Assembly: GCF_001194135.2 (NCBI RefSeq)
Contig: NC_068997.1
Coordinates: forward strand, 10,775,301 to 10,838,869
DNA length: 63,569 nt
From: Octopus bimaculoides
Taxonomy: Eukaryota
Direction of reading: 5' to 3'
Below, piece after piece: positions 12,205-23,753 of this stretch (its first letter is position 1; every line of letters begins with the position of its first letter). The notes under the pieces are model-generated. The model was not told where the DNA came from, made no database searches, and saw nothing but the letters and a program-made list of their open reading frames with translations. The translations under genes were made by a program, and so were the position numbers.

Positions 12205-13785
12205 CTAAGATAGTAATCTTGTTGTTATAGAAGCTAATGAAATTTCTATCAAGTTTCCTCTGATGGCACTGCTTTCATCGGCGAAATCAATACGAACATA
12301 TTTATCAGTGTATTTGTACAAAAGTGTATGGTTCTAAGCAATGTCTTGTATTGATGCCTGATTGGTGTCTGAGTACTGATGTAATTATAACCCCATAAAA
12401 GCAGCCTTATGTCCCTCTTAAAGACACCTCATACTCTGTGTAGTTATGCAAAAACAGTAAAACAAGCCAAGTTTTTCGAAGTGTTATATGAGGGGAAATA
12501 TTAAATTGAATCCAACATTATCTAAATCTTTAAAAGAAAGAAAAATAGATACATGCACAAAAGTGGTATGAATTTAACCCAACGTTTTTCAGGTTCTTTT
12601 AACTATTTCAAGAAAAATAGAACAGTCGGCAGGTATATAATACATACAAGAACAGATTATACACCGGCAGGAATTGGTGTTCTCTTAAATCTTACATTTC
12701 CTCGAGCTAAGTGTTATATGTACGGCTAATAGTCTAGTCTTCAGAATCGATTTCCTTGATTATACGCTCTTTATTTATGAAGTTTTAATTATGTTTCACT
12801 AATATACAGGTTCAGTTTTAATCTATTTCTTCAATTTTGATGTTTCACTTCGAGAAATTAAATCGATAATAACAATGAGCTATTCGTAAAAATTTAATTT
12901 AGTGTATAAACTTGCAGCAAAGTCGTGTTATAATGAAATAATCTCATTATTCCTTCATTATCTATTTCACACATTTAAATTTATGCCAGGTTGTTAAAAG
13001 CATTAGCATATCTTTATCTATTTCCAGATGCTTTATCTAAATTATATTCTAAATTACGTGTTATCTTTGAAATCAGATTACATTTTCATTTAAGGTCGAA
13101 AGAATAGACAATCACCCTATAGGCATTATTAACACTTCCGGATAGAAATGGATATTCGTTTGTTTTATGCTTAAAAAACATCAAATTAAGCAGATATTTT
13201 AGGTACTATGTGATGCATTTTATAAATATATTTGGTTGAAATCAATTCATATATACAACTTTGGTGTTATAAACTTCATTTTTCTCATAACGAACAACCG
13301 AATTTCTAACATATAAAAGCGTGAGTTTATCGCAAGCTGAGATCACAGCGCCACTTAAATGGACGCTATGTAAAATTATTTAGCATCCACTGGCAATATC
13401 GTTGAGAAAGGTACTAACATAATAATGTTCACTTTTATCACTGTTAAAACATATGGAATTTGATGCTAAATGTAAAGAATTCAATATTTGTGCACTTAGC
13501 GGGTGTATTCTGCAGTTTCAGTTAATAACGTTATCAATATGGTTTACGTAACTTTTAGGAAATATTTTGAATAATAAGTATCAACTACTTTGTGAAACAA
13601 ATAGTCTATCTTGCATTGCTAGGATCATTCTTTTGGTTTCAGTGGAATGGAAAGCAACGTGAAATTTTGATTTTGCACTTTCGAAAAGATGAAGATATGT
13701 CTTGGTAATAGTTGACAATCTTTCACAATCTTTCAACAGGTAGGATAATACTCTATCCCATTTGTCATCTGCGACATTTTCTTAC

Positions 13786-13848
13786 TTGATTGGCAGTGGA
13801 CTTCAAAGTTTGTAGGGCGTCAGATAAATTACCGTGTAAGACATTTAG
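13786..13848 (-). CDS. Candidate exon (E1): LNVLHGNLSDALQTLKSTANQ
   Basis: Moderate acceptor 'ataatttag|', donor 'CAA|gtaaga'; 63 nt, phase 0-0. Confidence 0.25.
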
Positions 13849-14895
13849 CTAAATTATATGAGCAAACCTCAAGTTTGATTTTATACGTTGTCCCTCCGAT
13901 TTCGGGAAAACAAATATCAGTGAAAAACTGTGAAAGATATAAATTTTCGTAACCCGAAAACACCTTACATTTTGCCTATAAAACAAAGCAAACACTATTT
14001 TCTGAAATATAGAGGACGAATTTGCTGAATAATTAACTAAATAAATAACTTGATGCATTTTACGTTTTTGAATATTCACAGATCGAAATTTGCTTTCTTT
14101 TCTGCTGACGATTAATCTCGATATACATTTATTTGTCTATAGAGATTTGTTATACCAGTATAAAAACACTTTTCACCTTTTTATTTTGAGATATAACAGC
14201 AATGAAACGAAGAAAATGGTAAAGTGACGATGTATTTAATGTCGTCCCTCTGAAAGAGGATGACAGTGTAACATAAATACAAATGGTTTTTAGGGTCGTA
14301 TAGAATATTTGAGATTAGCGCTTCCGTTCAAAAACAAATACCATGTGACCAGTTAGTTCGAGGCCACAGCTTATCCATAAAATCTGTGATAAAAGTATTT
14401 CAGTCTCAACCATTACATCACATCTTATGTTATGGGTTGCCTTTATTTCTCAGATACACTGGGGTAGAATATGAGGAATATTTGGATGTGCTTTCGAGCA
14501 CGTTGAACAACTGTATACAGGATCCCTCGTTGGCTATTTGAGAAAACTTTTTATGTGCAGGTGGAAGAGTGAGAAATGTACTGAAAAGCGAACTGAATAT
14601 ATTGATTTCTGGATTACATTTATTCCGTTAGGTGAAAATTAATTTTCTCTTTCTTTAACTGCTTTCACTAAAATGTCATTCATGTACTAGGAGGAGTGTT
14701 GAGAAATGTAACATTTGAAGGTGGTATGAAAAACTGGTCGAGCTACTCATTAATACATTTTCATTACGTGACCCATTGCTATGGCTGGTAGTTGTAAACA
14801 CTGACAAAACTGGAACTTAGAACGTAAAGGATTAACATTTATATTGTTGATTCAATTGACTGTATAATTCTCTTTAAGAAGTTTTATAAACATAG

Positions 14896-14952
14896 AACCG
14901 TTCCACCCACCCCAGAGTGGAAGGCGGACGTTAAACGATGATGATGATGATG
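14896..14952 (+). mobile_element. Isolated retroposon 3' tail (GGACGTTAAAC + (GAT)n), severely 5'-truncated
   Basis: 'gtggaaggcggacgttaaacgatgatgatgatgatg'; I recall this tail type from octopus RTE-type LINE/SINE repeats. Confidence 0.55.
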
Positions 14953-16343
14953 TGAACATAGTTATTCTGAATTGTGTACCATTGAAATAGATATGTTTTT
15001 ATTATCTTACTTTTTATTGTGTTAATTATTTTAAAAACATTTCTGACTTTACAAATAACATTTCTTCGATAATTAAACCAGGTGTTTCATTGATTTTCTA
15101 AGAAACCGTTATTATATAAAAAATAATGTAATTTTTTTTACTAAAACAATACTTTATACATTTTTGGTATCGTATTTTCTTATATATTTTCTGATTCTCC
15201 AACCTTAATTTTATACATTATCATTCCAATAACGTAATGAAATCCTCTAAATTAATTTAAAATTCACAAATACAAATGTTTAATTTTCCTTTTTGTTACT
15301 CATGTATTCATTTGTTTCGAAATTATCAGAAGTTCAACATTGCTTGACTTTTACAGAATTCACGACACCGTCATAAGATTTAACTTTATAATCACCTCAT
15401 TAAGGTCTTTTGAATAGGTTTTATTTAAAAATAAATCGACAATGTTTATTTAAATGTTTTTATGTTTATTTTAGATTAATGCCTGCATTTTCCTTCATTA
15501 TTCTCCTTAAAAAGTCAACAAGCTTCTTCACTGTGTCCTTGGAATGTAACTGAAAGAGATTAACTATTCATACTTTTGTTATTTTTTGTTGAAATAAGGT
15601 ATTCAAAATATAAAAAGAGTTACAAACGCTTAAATTCCCCAAGTAAATGGTTACTTGCTTTTCATTCTGTATTTTATCCGTTATTTTTAGGCACCGTCCT
15701 TTAGAAATTAATTTTATGAAATACAAGATTTTGCTATAAATAATGCATTTTTATTTTCTAATTTTGATGTACCCAGCATTCATAGCTTAATGATAAACTG
15801 CAGCTTTTGATTAGATTTCGTGAGAAAAAATGGGATCTTATCCTTTTCGTTCTTATTGTCCGATTTGTCTCTAATTCTCTACATTGATGTAATTACGTAT
15901 AATAATAACGAAAATTATACGCTTGTTTTATCTAAATTAATAATGAAAATGCTACACACCTTTGAAGTTTGAAATGTTGGCTAGTTTTAACCAATCAGGC
16001 GCCTTATTTGTTTTTATATATATGAAACTATAATTTCCATACATAAATAAAAAGAATATCAAAGCATTACGAAACCTTGAAATATGTTTTTGTTTTAGAT
16101 AATAGATAATTGAAACATCACGAGACATATTTAAAGAAGAAAAATAAATGATAAAGCGTAATGGAAACTTCCAAAATGACAGAAACAAAGCGAATCAGCA
16201 ATGACCTTGTGCAATGCATTCAAACGATTTTTTAATGGTGTCGCAAATTTCGTATCGGAATATGAACTCACAAACGTACAAGTCGTAGATTTACTAGTGT
16301 CATAGTGCTATATATTTTCTCATTTGAGACATGCACGAATATT

Positions 16344-16677
16344 TCACACTTCTTGCATATTTCGTCTCGTCAGAATTGCAACGAGATGTAGAGTATAGAA
16401 ATACCAGTCGCGTCTCTCAGCATTCACAGCCGAAAGCCCACTGTTCGAGTTGTACTTTTCTTTGGTTATACTATCATCTCGAGAACACCGTTTCATCAAT
16501 TCCGACAATGCTTCAGGATCATATCTTTTTTTGGTTGTGGAGTAGGTCGCGTCACAGATTTCGCGCACATAGTTGTTATATTCAACAGTTGTACTGTAGC
16601 TCATACCCCGTTCTTTTACACAAAAAAGATAGTAATGAGTTCCTTGACTCAGGAACGGGGAAACTGAGTAACAATTC
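16344..16677 (-). CDS. Candidate terminal exon, about 110 aa: NCYSVSPFLSQGTHYYLFCVKERGMSYSTTVEYNNYVREICDAT...WYFYTLHLVAILTRRNMQEV*
   Basis: Open frame extends ORF 16344..16604 upstream to 'cccttttttTAG|'; short hydrophobic segment near the stop. No homologue recognised. Confidence 0.35.
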
Positions 16678-16807
16678 TAAAAAAAGGGTGTCTTTAAACC
16701 AAATCTATTTTCTAAAACACATTAGTTTCGTTAAGTTCAAATTGGGACGGAAACAAGAGAGGCTTGAGAAGTGATGTTGTTGTTGGAAACAGGCAAGCGT
16801 GCCTCTC

Positions 16808-16887
16808 TATATATCAATAATGGAGGCTTCCGTTTGGTTAAAATTATTATATATCAATAATGGAGGCTTCCGTTTGGTTAAAATTAT
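16808..16887. repeat. Perfect 40-bp tandem duplication
   Basis: 'tatatatcaataatggaggcttccgtttggttaaaattat' occurs twice head to tail. Confidence 0.9.
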
Positions 16888-18109
16888 TAAAAGTTTCAAA
16901 TTAAATCGGACACTCAACGAAAAGTATACGATTCAAAAACATTCTATTGTATATTTATTAAAAAAAAAATGTTTTACGTGAAAATGAAATTTCATTTCTT
17001 TTAGCAATTTCGAAAGTGTAATTACACTTCTTCCCCCTCCTCTACCTACGTTCAGCATTGAGTTGCTGATGTTGCTTACAGTCACATAAATCTTAATGGA
17101 GCATGCTTATGTTCAAAATTTGTCCTACCGTAAGCATTACCCTCTGTTTACGTGAATCATACAAAATCAAAATCACGCGTTGTATTAGTAATCAATTTTT
17201 AAACTTTATGCGTGATTTGAGTTACAATTTGCTGCTATTGTCAGTAGATCTTATAGACAGCCTGAGAGATCCTTTTTTTGGTGTGAGTGTTGTGTGCTTC
17301 CGGGAATAGTATAAATCTATCTTGAATAAAAATAAGTAAAAGCAATTTATCTTTACGCTTAAAATATCAGGTAAAGAGTTATATGTCACTGGTGCTTGTA
17401 TTGGTACTTATAAATCGATGTAAAAGAAGGCTAACATAGAATATTTGCTTGTTTATCCACCTGGTTTCTGGGTGATTTTAGCGGAGTTCACTCTGTTGCA
17501 AGTAATCTAGCTTTGTCAGGGTCTGAAGAATAACAATTTCCCTTTCCGCTTCCAATCTCAGAAGGTCTGAAAAGTGTTATGAATGCTTGTATATCATCTG
17601 TGTACGTGATAAAAATACCATGGCAATCAATGGTTATATTGTGTGTCTGTCATTACTAAGAACATTGTCATTGTGAAAGCGTAGTGAAATGCTTTTGAAC
17701 GGGGAGAGAAATGAACAGATGTTTAACATTGTTAAGAGTAATGCAGAGGAATACACTGGAGTGGTGAAACTATGTAACAATATTAGTTAATGAAGCTAAC
17801 TCCCTAACGATCTGAAATGTGGCGAGGTTTTGAATTAACCAATGGAAGACATTTCGCTTCACTTATAGTTTTAATGAGCTTGTAGAAGATATTATCGCTA
17901 TAATCTCGCATTTATTATAGCGGATAGATTACCTCTAGTGTTTAGTCACGTAGAAATCAAAATAAATACGATATAAAGTATAATTTGTCAAGTAAGGAAC
18001 AAAAGATAGAAATAAACAAATGTTTTAAAGCTTTTTAAAATTTAATTGAATTTATATTTTTCATTTCGCCAGTGCATGCTAATTTAATTAGCAGGTATTT
18101 TATCTTAAA

Positions 18110-18545
18110 GATTAGCCACGTTTCCTCAAATATCAAGAAATGTTCATAGGTGTCTCACAGAATATAGGATAGTACTTTCCAACAGGTTAACAATACAAGT
18201 TTCCATTCCAAAGTCTTTCAGTCTTCTGGGTAGAATTTTGGTTGTGCCAAATACACTGCTTACAAATGGAATAGTTGTTGTCTTAGTCTTCCACAATTTC
18301 CTCAGTTATTTCTCATTTTTGTTTTCGATTTCTTTGATATCGACTCTGCTATTATAATGAATTGTAAAAACTATGACCTTCCACTGTTTATATTGTCCTC
18401 TGTAAACATGTCTCGTCTTCTTGCCTCAACAGTATGGTCAGTCTTTATAGCAAAGTCATAAAGACTGATTCCTTTTCTTGTTGAATTCTCCTACTGTTTC
18501 AATTACTTTTTGGGTATCTCTGGCTTCCGAAATTATTCTTTCTTT
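18110..18545 (-). mobile_element. Highly degraded 3' remnant of an RLE-type (R4/Dong-like) non-LTR retrotransposon
   Basis: Frameshifted translation gives LYDFAIKTDHTVEARRRDM, SRVDIKEIE, LRKLWKTKTTTIPFV...FGT and L.STILYSVRHL, matching the endonuclease C-terminus WDFxIQTDHxIEARRPD...KExEK...LWxxK...IPIVIGALG. Confidence 0.75.
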
Positions 18546-20927
18546 ACTTTGCACAATATTATTATTGTTGTTGTTGTGTTATTATTATTACTACTGTTGC
18601 TGTTGATTTTGTTGTTATTAATATTATGCTACAGTTGTTTCTTGCTATAGCTAAACGTGACTTATGAGTTTCATAAATTTCTATATTGTTTTCCTCTTCA
18701 GAGATATTTTTAATGTTATTAATTTAAGCTAACCAGGTGTACAGGAAACTCGAACGCTTTCTTTGCATTACTTACTCCACAGAGTAAGATGTTAATGAAT
18801 ATTATTTAATTAAACGACACATTTTCGCGGCCAGCAGGCAAGCGCGATTTGATTTTGAACGTGAAATTGTTATTCACAATCCTGATGCTTAATTCAGTAA
18901 TAGGGACGAAACCACTCACCACCATATTCAAATCTAGAGTCCACTGATGTGTCTTTTCATCTCTCTCTACCTCTGCCAACTTTTACAGCTACTGAAAGGG
19001 AAAATGGAGCTTGCTGGCTTCTTTAAACTTTTATACTTGTTATATCGCAAGTGGCTGTGTGAGCTACGAAATCCTCGTCGCCACTCATATATCGCACGCG
19101 TTCAGATGAGCTTTACTCAACTACCCGACGTCTAGACTTCTCCCTCTATTTCTACGTATTGGGCTAGGCTACTTCATCGTCTGGGGGCGACGACACAACA
19201 ATACTGAGACACTCCCAAATCACTCATCTTTCTTCTTTTCATTGCCTGTAATGTAATTCACTCCCCGGGCCCTATATTAAACACTCCTTTCTACCCATAA
19301 CACCCACCCGCTTGCTTTTCTTGCAAATGACGTAGGTTTGCTTCACCAGACAGATAATATTCGAGGATAAAAAAAAATTCATGAGCATAGCCATTCCTTT
19401 ACATAAAAGAAGAAACAGTAGTGTATGTAAAACTATACTCTGTGTTCCACAATTTGAAAGATGACAGACCATGATTTGAGAAAGATTTGGCAACTATTTC
19501 TAGCAGGTCGAGGGACAACATGCACATTCATTTCTTGCCTTGAATAGATTTCAGTCACATGCTGAGATTAATTTCATTCAATCGAAGCAATACGCTTTTT
19601 CAATGCATGTGGTACATGGAAAGAGTTCAGTTAGTATAAATTCAGTGAAGGACGTCTCGAACATTTACGATGTAACAAGGCAAATGTTTTCTTGAAACAT
19701 TATCTGAACTTGCTTTCATATTTATTACTTTCTTTTTATCTTTTTATCATCAAATGTATTTCTAATAAAATGCCAATTTATTTACATCTCTACAGGAGGT
19801 CTGTTATTAAATTTGGATTTCGTATGAAAAAAAAAAAGAATAAATGTATAAAAAATTCCTTATAATTTAATTCAGTAAATAATACACTCGGGGAATCGAG
19901 ATTGCGACAATGTTTTGAATCTCAAATGAAGCCAACTTTCTCCAGTTAATCTATTAATGTCTTTGAAAAAAATATGGAAGTAAGAAACTCTCAATAATTT
20001 CCTTTACACAATTGTTGGTCTAGACTTCTATATAAAAAAAAACATTAAAGATGTCTTGTGTTACAGTTATAACAAAAATACTTTAAACGAACCAAATGAG
20101 GGAAACTTTGCGCCATCTAATGAACCGCTAAACATAATCACTAAAACTTCTCAAATCACACCATACTGCCTTAAATAAAAATAAACAACATATTTGATTA
20201 TATATATTTATGAAAAAAATAATTTTAAAAAAATCGCTACTTTCTCAAAATGTTAACATGACCGATTAGGGTAAATAATAATTTATGCTTTGCGGATGTC
20301 CTTTTGTTTCTGAACAGAAAACAAACAGGAACGGAAAAACACATACATTGTGTCAGCTATTACGAGAGCCATCTCCACAAATATTTTGTCCTATTTATTA
20401 CTTTCTCAGCAAATCATAAATCTCAATGTACCTGCCGAAATAGTTATGAAATAGTCAACATGCAAAAACTTATGATTATACACTGGTTAAGGTAGAAAAA
20501 TAATTTTGCTTAGAGATGAAATAATTAAGAGACGCCATCAGATGATAAATATTAGTAAAGTTAATGTTCACACATTCAATTCAGAGAACATTATGACATT
20601 AACTAGAAATAATTATTCGTTGAGGGAAATCAATATTAGTCTTCTGTCAGCCGCAATAAAATTATTTCACTGCGGCAGCAAACGTAGAGCGAGAGGCAAA
20701 ATGTGGGAATGTTTCTTCGCTTTTGTATTTCACTCCATCATGCTTTTTATACGTAACTACAGGGAGTTATGCACAATATTCTTGTCTAGACTTCAATTAC
20801 AAAATTTCTGTGAATTGTAGTAACACTATTTAGTCTTCCCCAAACTTTTCTCATCAATTCCAGATTATAAATCCCTTCGTGATTTGAAATGTTTGACAAA
20901 TAATTGGAAGATTTTATACACACACGA

Positions 20928-20928
<1 letters not shown>

Positions 20929-20958
<30 letters not shown>

Positions 20959-21010
20959 ATAATGATAATAGTACTAATATTAATGACAGCAACAACAACA
21001 ATAATACTCA
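20929..21010. repeat. (AAT)n/(AAC)n microsatellite
   Basis: Directly visible; produces poly-N and poly-L ORFs. Confidence 0.95.
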
Positions 21011-21017
21011 TCATCAT

Positions 21018-21108
21018 AGCAAGCAGGCAGAATCGTTAGCATGGCAGGACAAAACGTCTACCAGCATTTCTTCCGACGTTATGTTCTGAGTTCAAATTTC
21101 GCCAAGCT
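21018..21108 (+). mobile_element. SINE family A 5' part, cut by N gap
   Basis: 'gcaggcagaatcgttagcatggc...gttctgagttcaaatttcgccaag'. Confidence 0.8.
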
Positions 21109-21118
21109 NNNNNNNNNN

Positions 21119-21158
<40 letters not shown>

Positions 21159-22329
21159 TCCGTCTAATGACATATACGATAAGTGGTGAGATTGGTTCAT
21201 CACTCAAGCTCCGACTTGAAATGCAACGAAAGTAATAAAAACGTGGTGTTTTTTTTTAAACGTGTATGTGGTCGACCAGAGAAGTAGAGATACGATTTTT
21301 TCATATGTAAATTTTCGAGGATTTTTGCCTCTATCAGAAATCCCTCTGCAGAAATAAACAATGCACACGTATGCGTGCACACAGAGGCAAACATATATAC
21401 GCGCGCGTGCACCCCTCCCCACACGCTTATATATTGTTGTTTAACCTCAAGCTAGAGATGTTATGCAGAAGAAGAATGTTTTAGATTTCACCACCCAGTT
21501 AGTAAATATGTCAGATTATACAACACCCAATGCATTATTTATAATTTCAAATAATTGGGTGTAATTTAGCGTAGACTAAATTTGACAACTTTTTTTTATA
21601 GTAGGTCATGTTCCTCTGTAAGTAAACTCTTAAAGAGGAATTGTAAGGAATTGTAAAGGTTGATTTTTCACTCGCAACATTATCGACATAAATCCTTTGA
21701 AACTATAACTGGGAAAGCTGAGAAAGATGTAAACTTGTTTCTCTGAAATGTTTATTATTAAAGTACAATGCAAATAACATCGTAGATTAGGTTTTCAGTT
21801 TGGCAAAGCTTTATTACATTTTCATGTGAGAGGGGAATAGATCTTTGCTACTTTCACGGCTTTCATAAGGTTGTAAAACAGAGCAGTAGTAGAAAATGGC
21901 TTGAAATTGAGCGGCAAAACTGACAAGTCAGCAGTTTACTCTACACTTACTTTCATCTAAACTATGCGGACAAGGTGTGGGCTTTGAAAAGATAAACAAA
22001 AATAGAAGGAAAAGACATATAACATATATTCTCTACTTTAAGTACCTGGAAGTATCGACTGGGAGTAACTACGAAGTTTTATATTTTACATTAAAGGAAA
22101 TGTTATGCTTTCGAGTTAATAATTTACCTCTGAGACAAAACGATTTGATTGACGTAAAATTGAAACACGAATCAAATCTGGTAGGTATCCTTCTGTACTT
22201 AGAGATTGCTTTCGTTTTCTACAACGTTTTCTCATACGAAATATACGACATTTTAGATTGATATAAAGTCAAACGTTTGTAGGGACATATACATGATACA
22301 AAATATATATGATATAATTTATATAGATA

Positions 22330-22366
<37 letters not shown>

Positions 22367-23720
22367 TCTTGTCTCAGCGAAGCATGGAGAATGTCATAGC
22401 TGAAGATAGAGAAAATACTACACCAGAACTAGAGTTGCACACATTTTCAGCAGACTGATGCAACTTTTAATGAAGCTCCTTGCTCATGAACACACGCGCC
22501 GCCCGTCTCAAGAATTGAATTCACGATTTTATGATTCTGTGCCCAATATCGTGACCCTTATTCGAAGAGCATACGAGAATATTTCTTTTATTTATGAACA
22601 TAAGATTTCCCACGCCGATCTTCTTTGGGGTAAACAAGTAGCAGAGCGGCGATAGCTAATATGCATACAAAAACAAGAACATAAATCACATTTCATTTTC
22701 GAATCTCAACCGAAGTGATAATGAAAAGATCATGTGATGTTTTCGAAAGAAAGTATCTTCACTGGTAGGAAAATTAATATGCGCTTTGCGATAATTAATG
22801 ATTCTCTCACGCATTCATCGATATCAAAAGGATGAACTTGGAGGCGTTCTAAATGGTATATAAATTCTGATTATTGAACAGGAAAACTAAACACAAAGCC
22901 TGTTTAAGTTACGCTTCTAACATCACCCCTTAGAAATAATTCAATACTTTACTTCTAGCGAATATTAATCACACACTTCCTTCCCCATGCGTTTATAAAG
23001 CTTATACGCTCCTGGTATCAATAAAATAACTATCAGTGAAGTATTAGATTTTGTACGTGGTTTCCGATATAAAAATGTATAAGCATATGCCAAGATTAGG
23101 TATATACAATAATTCACTATGATTTGAGCCGAAAACATCTTTTGTTGCATTTCAGGATTACAGCGAATTACTGTTAGATAATATTAATTACTATTAGACA
23201 ATTTCTTCCCAGAGTAATCATTGTGAAATTGCAACTCCAGTTTATAATTCAAAAGTCTATACAAAATTAACAATGCGTTTATAAACTGTCATCATATAAG
23301 CAAATTATGCGACCATTATATATAGGAAAGGTGTTTATAACTGAGCGAACGACATCCGTTTATATTCATCACACATACATATCATTGACAGATTTTAAAA
23401 TACCTAAATAATCCATTTAAATAATTCCTCGTTGAAAATAACGCAAAAGGAATATTCCATTTCTGTCTGCTGATTTCAATAATGCCAGAAGCTCTCTGCA
23501 ATTTTCGGTAATCTCTTTTTGATTACTGTCCTAATGCGGCAAAAGAGAATATTATACATAGAAACACTCAAGTTTGTCTGTCTGTCTGTCTGTCTGCTTG
23601 TCTTTCTGTATGCACGTATATGTGTATGCATGTGCGTATGTGTGTATTTATGTGTGTGTATATCTACCTATCTACCTATATCTATATCTATCTATTAATC
23701 TACTCTATCTATCCATCCAC

Positions 23721-23753
<33 letters not shown>

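Noticed and set aside
13560-13770. ~60-codon minus frame DDKWDRVLSYLLKDCERL...KRMILAMQDRLF sharing KRMI with E4
   Set aside because: Weak acceptor, no donor and a four-residue match only; within chance expectation.
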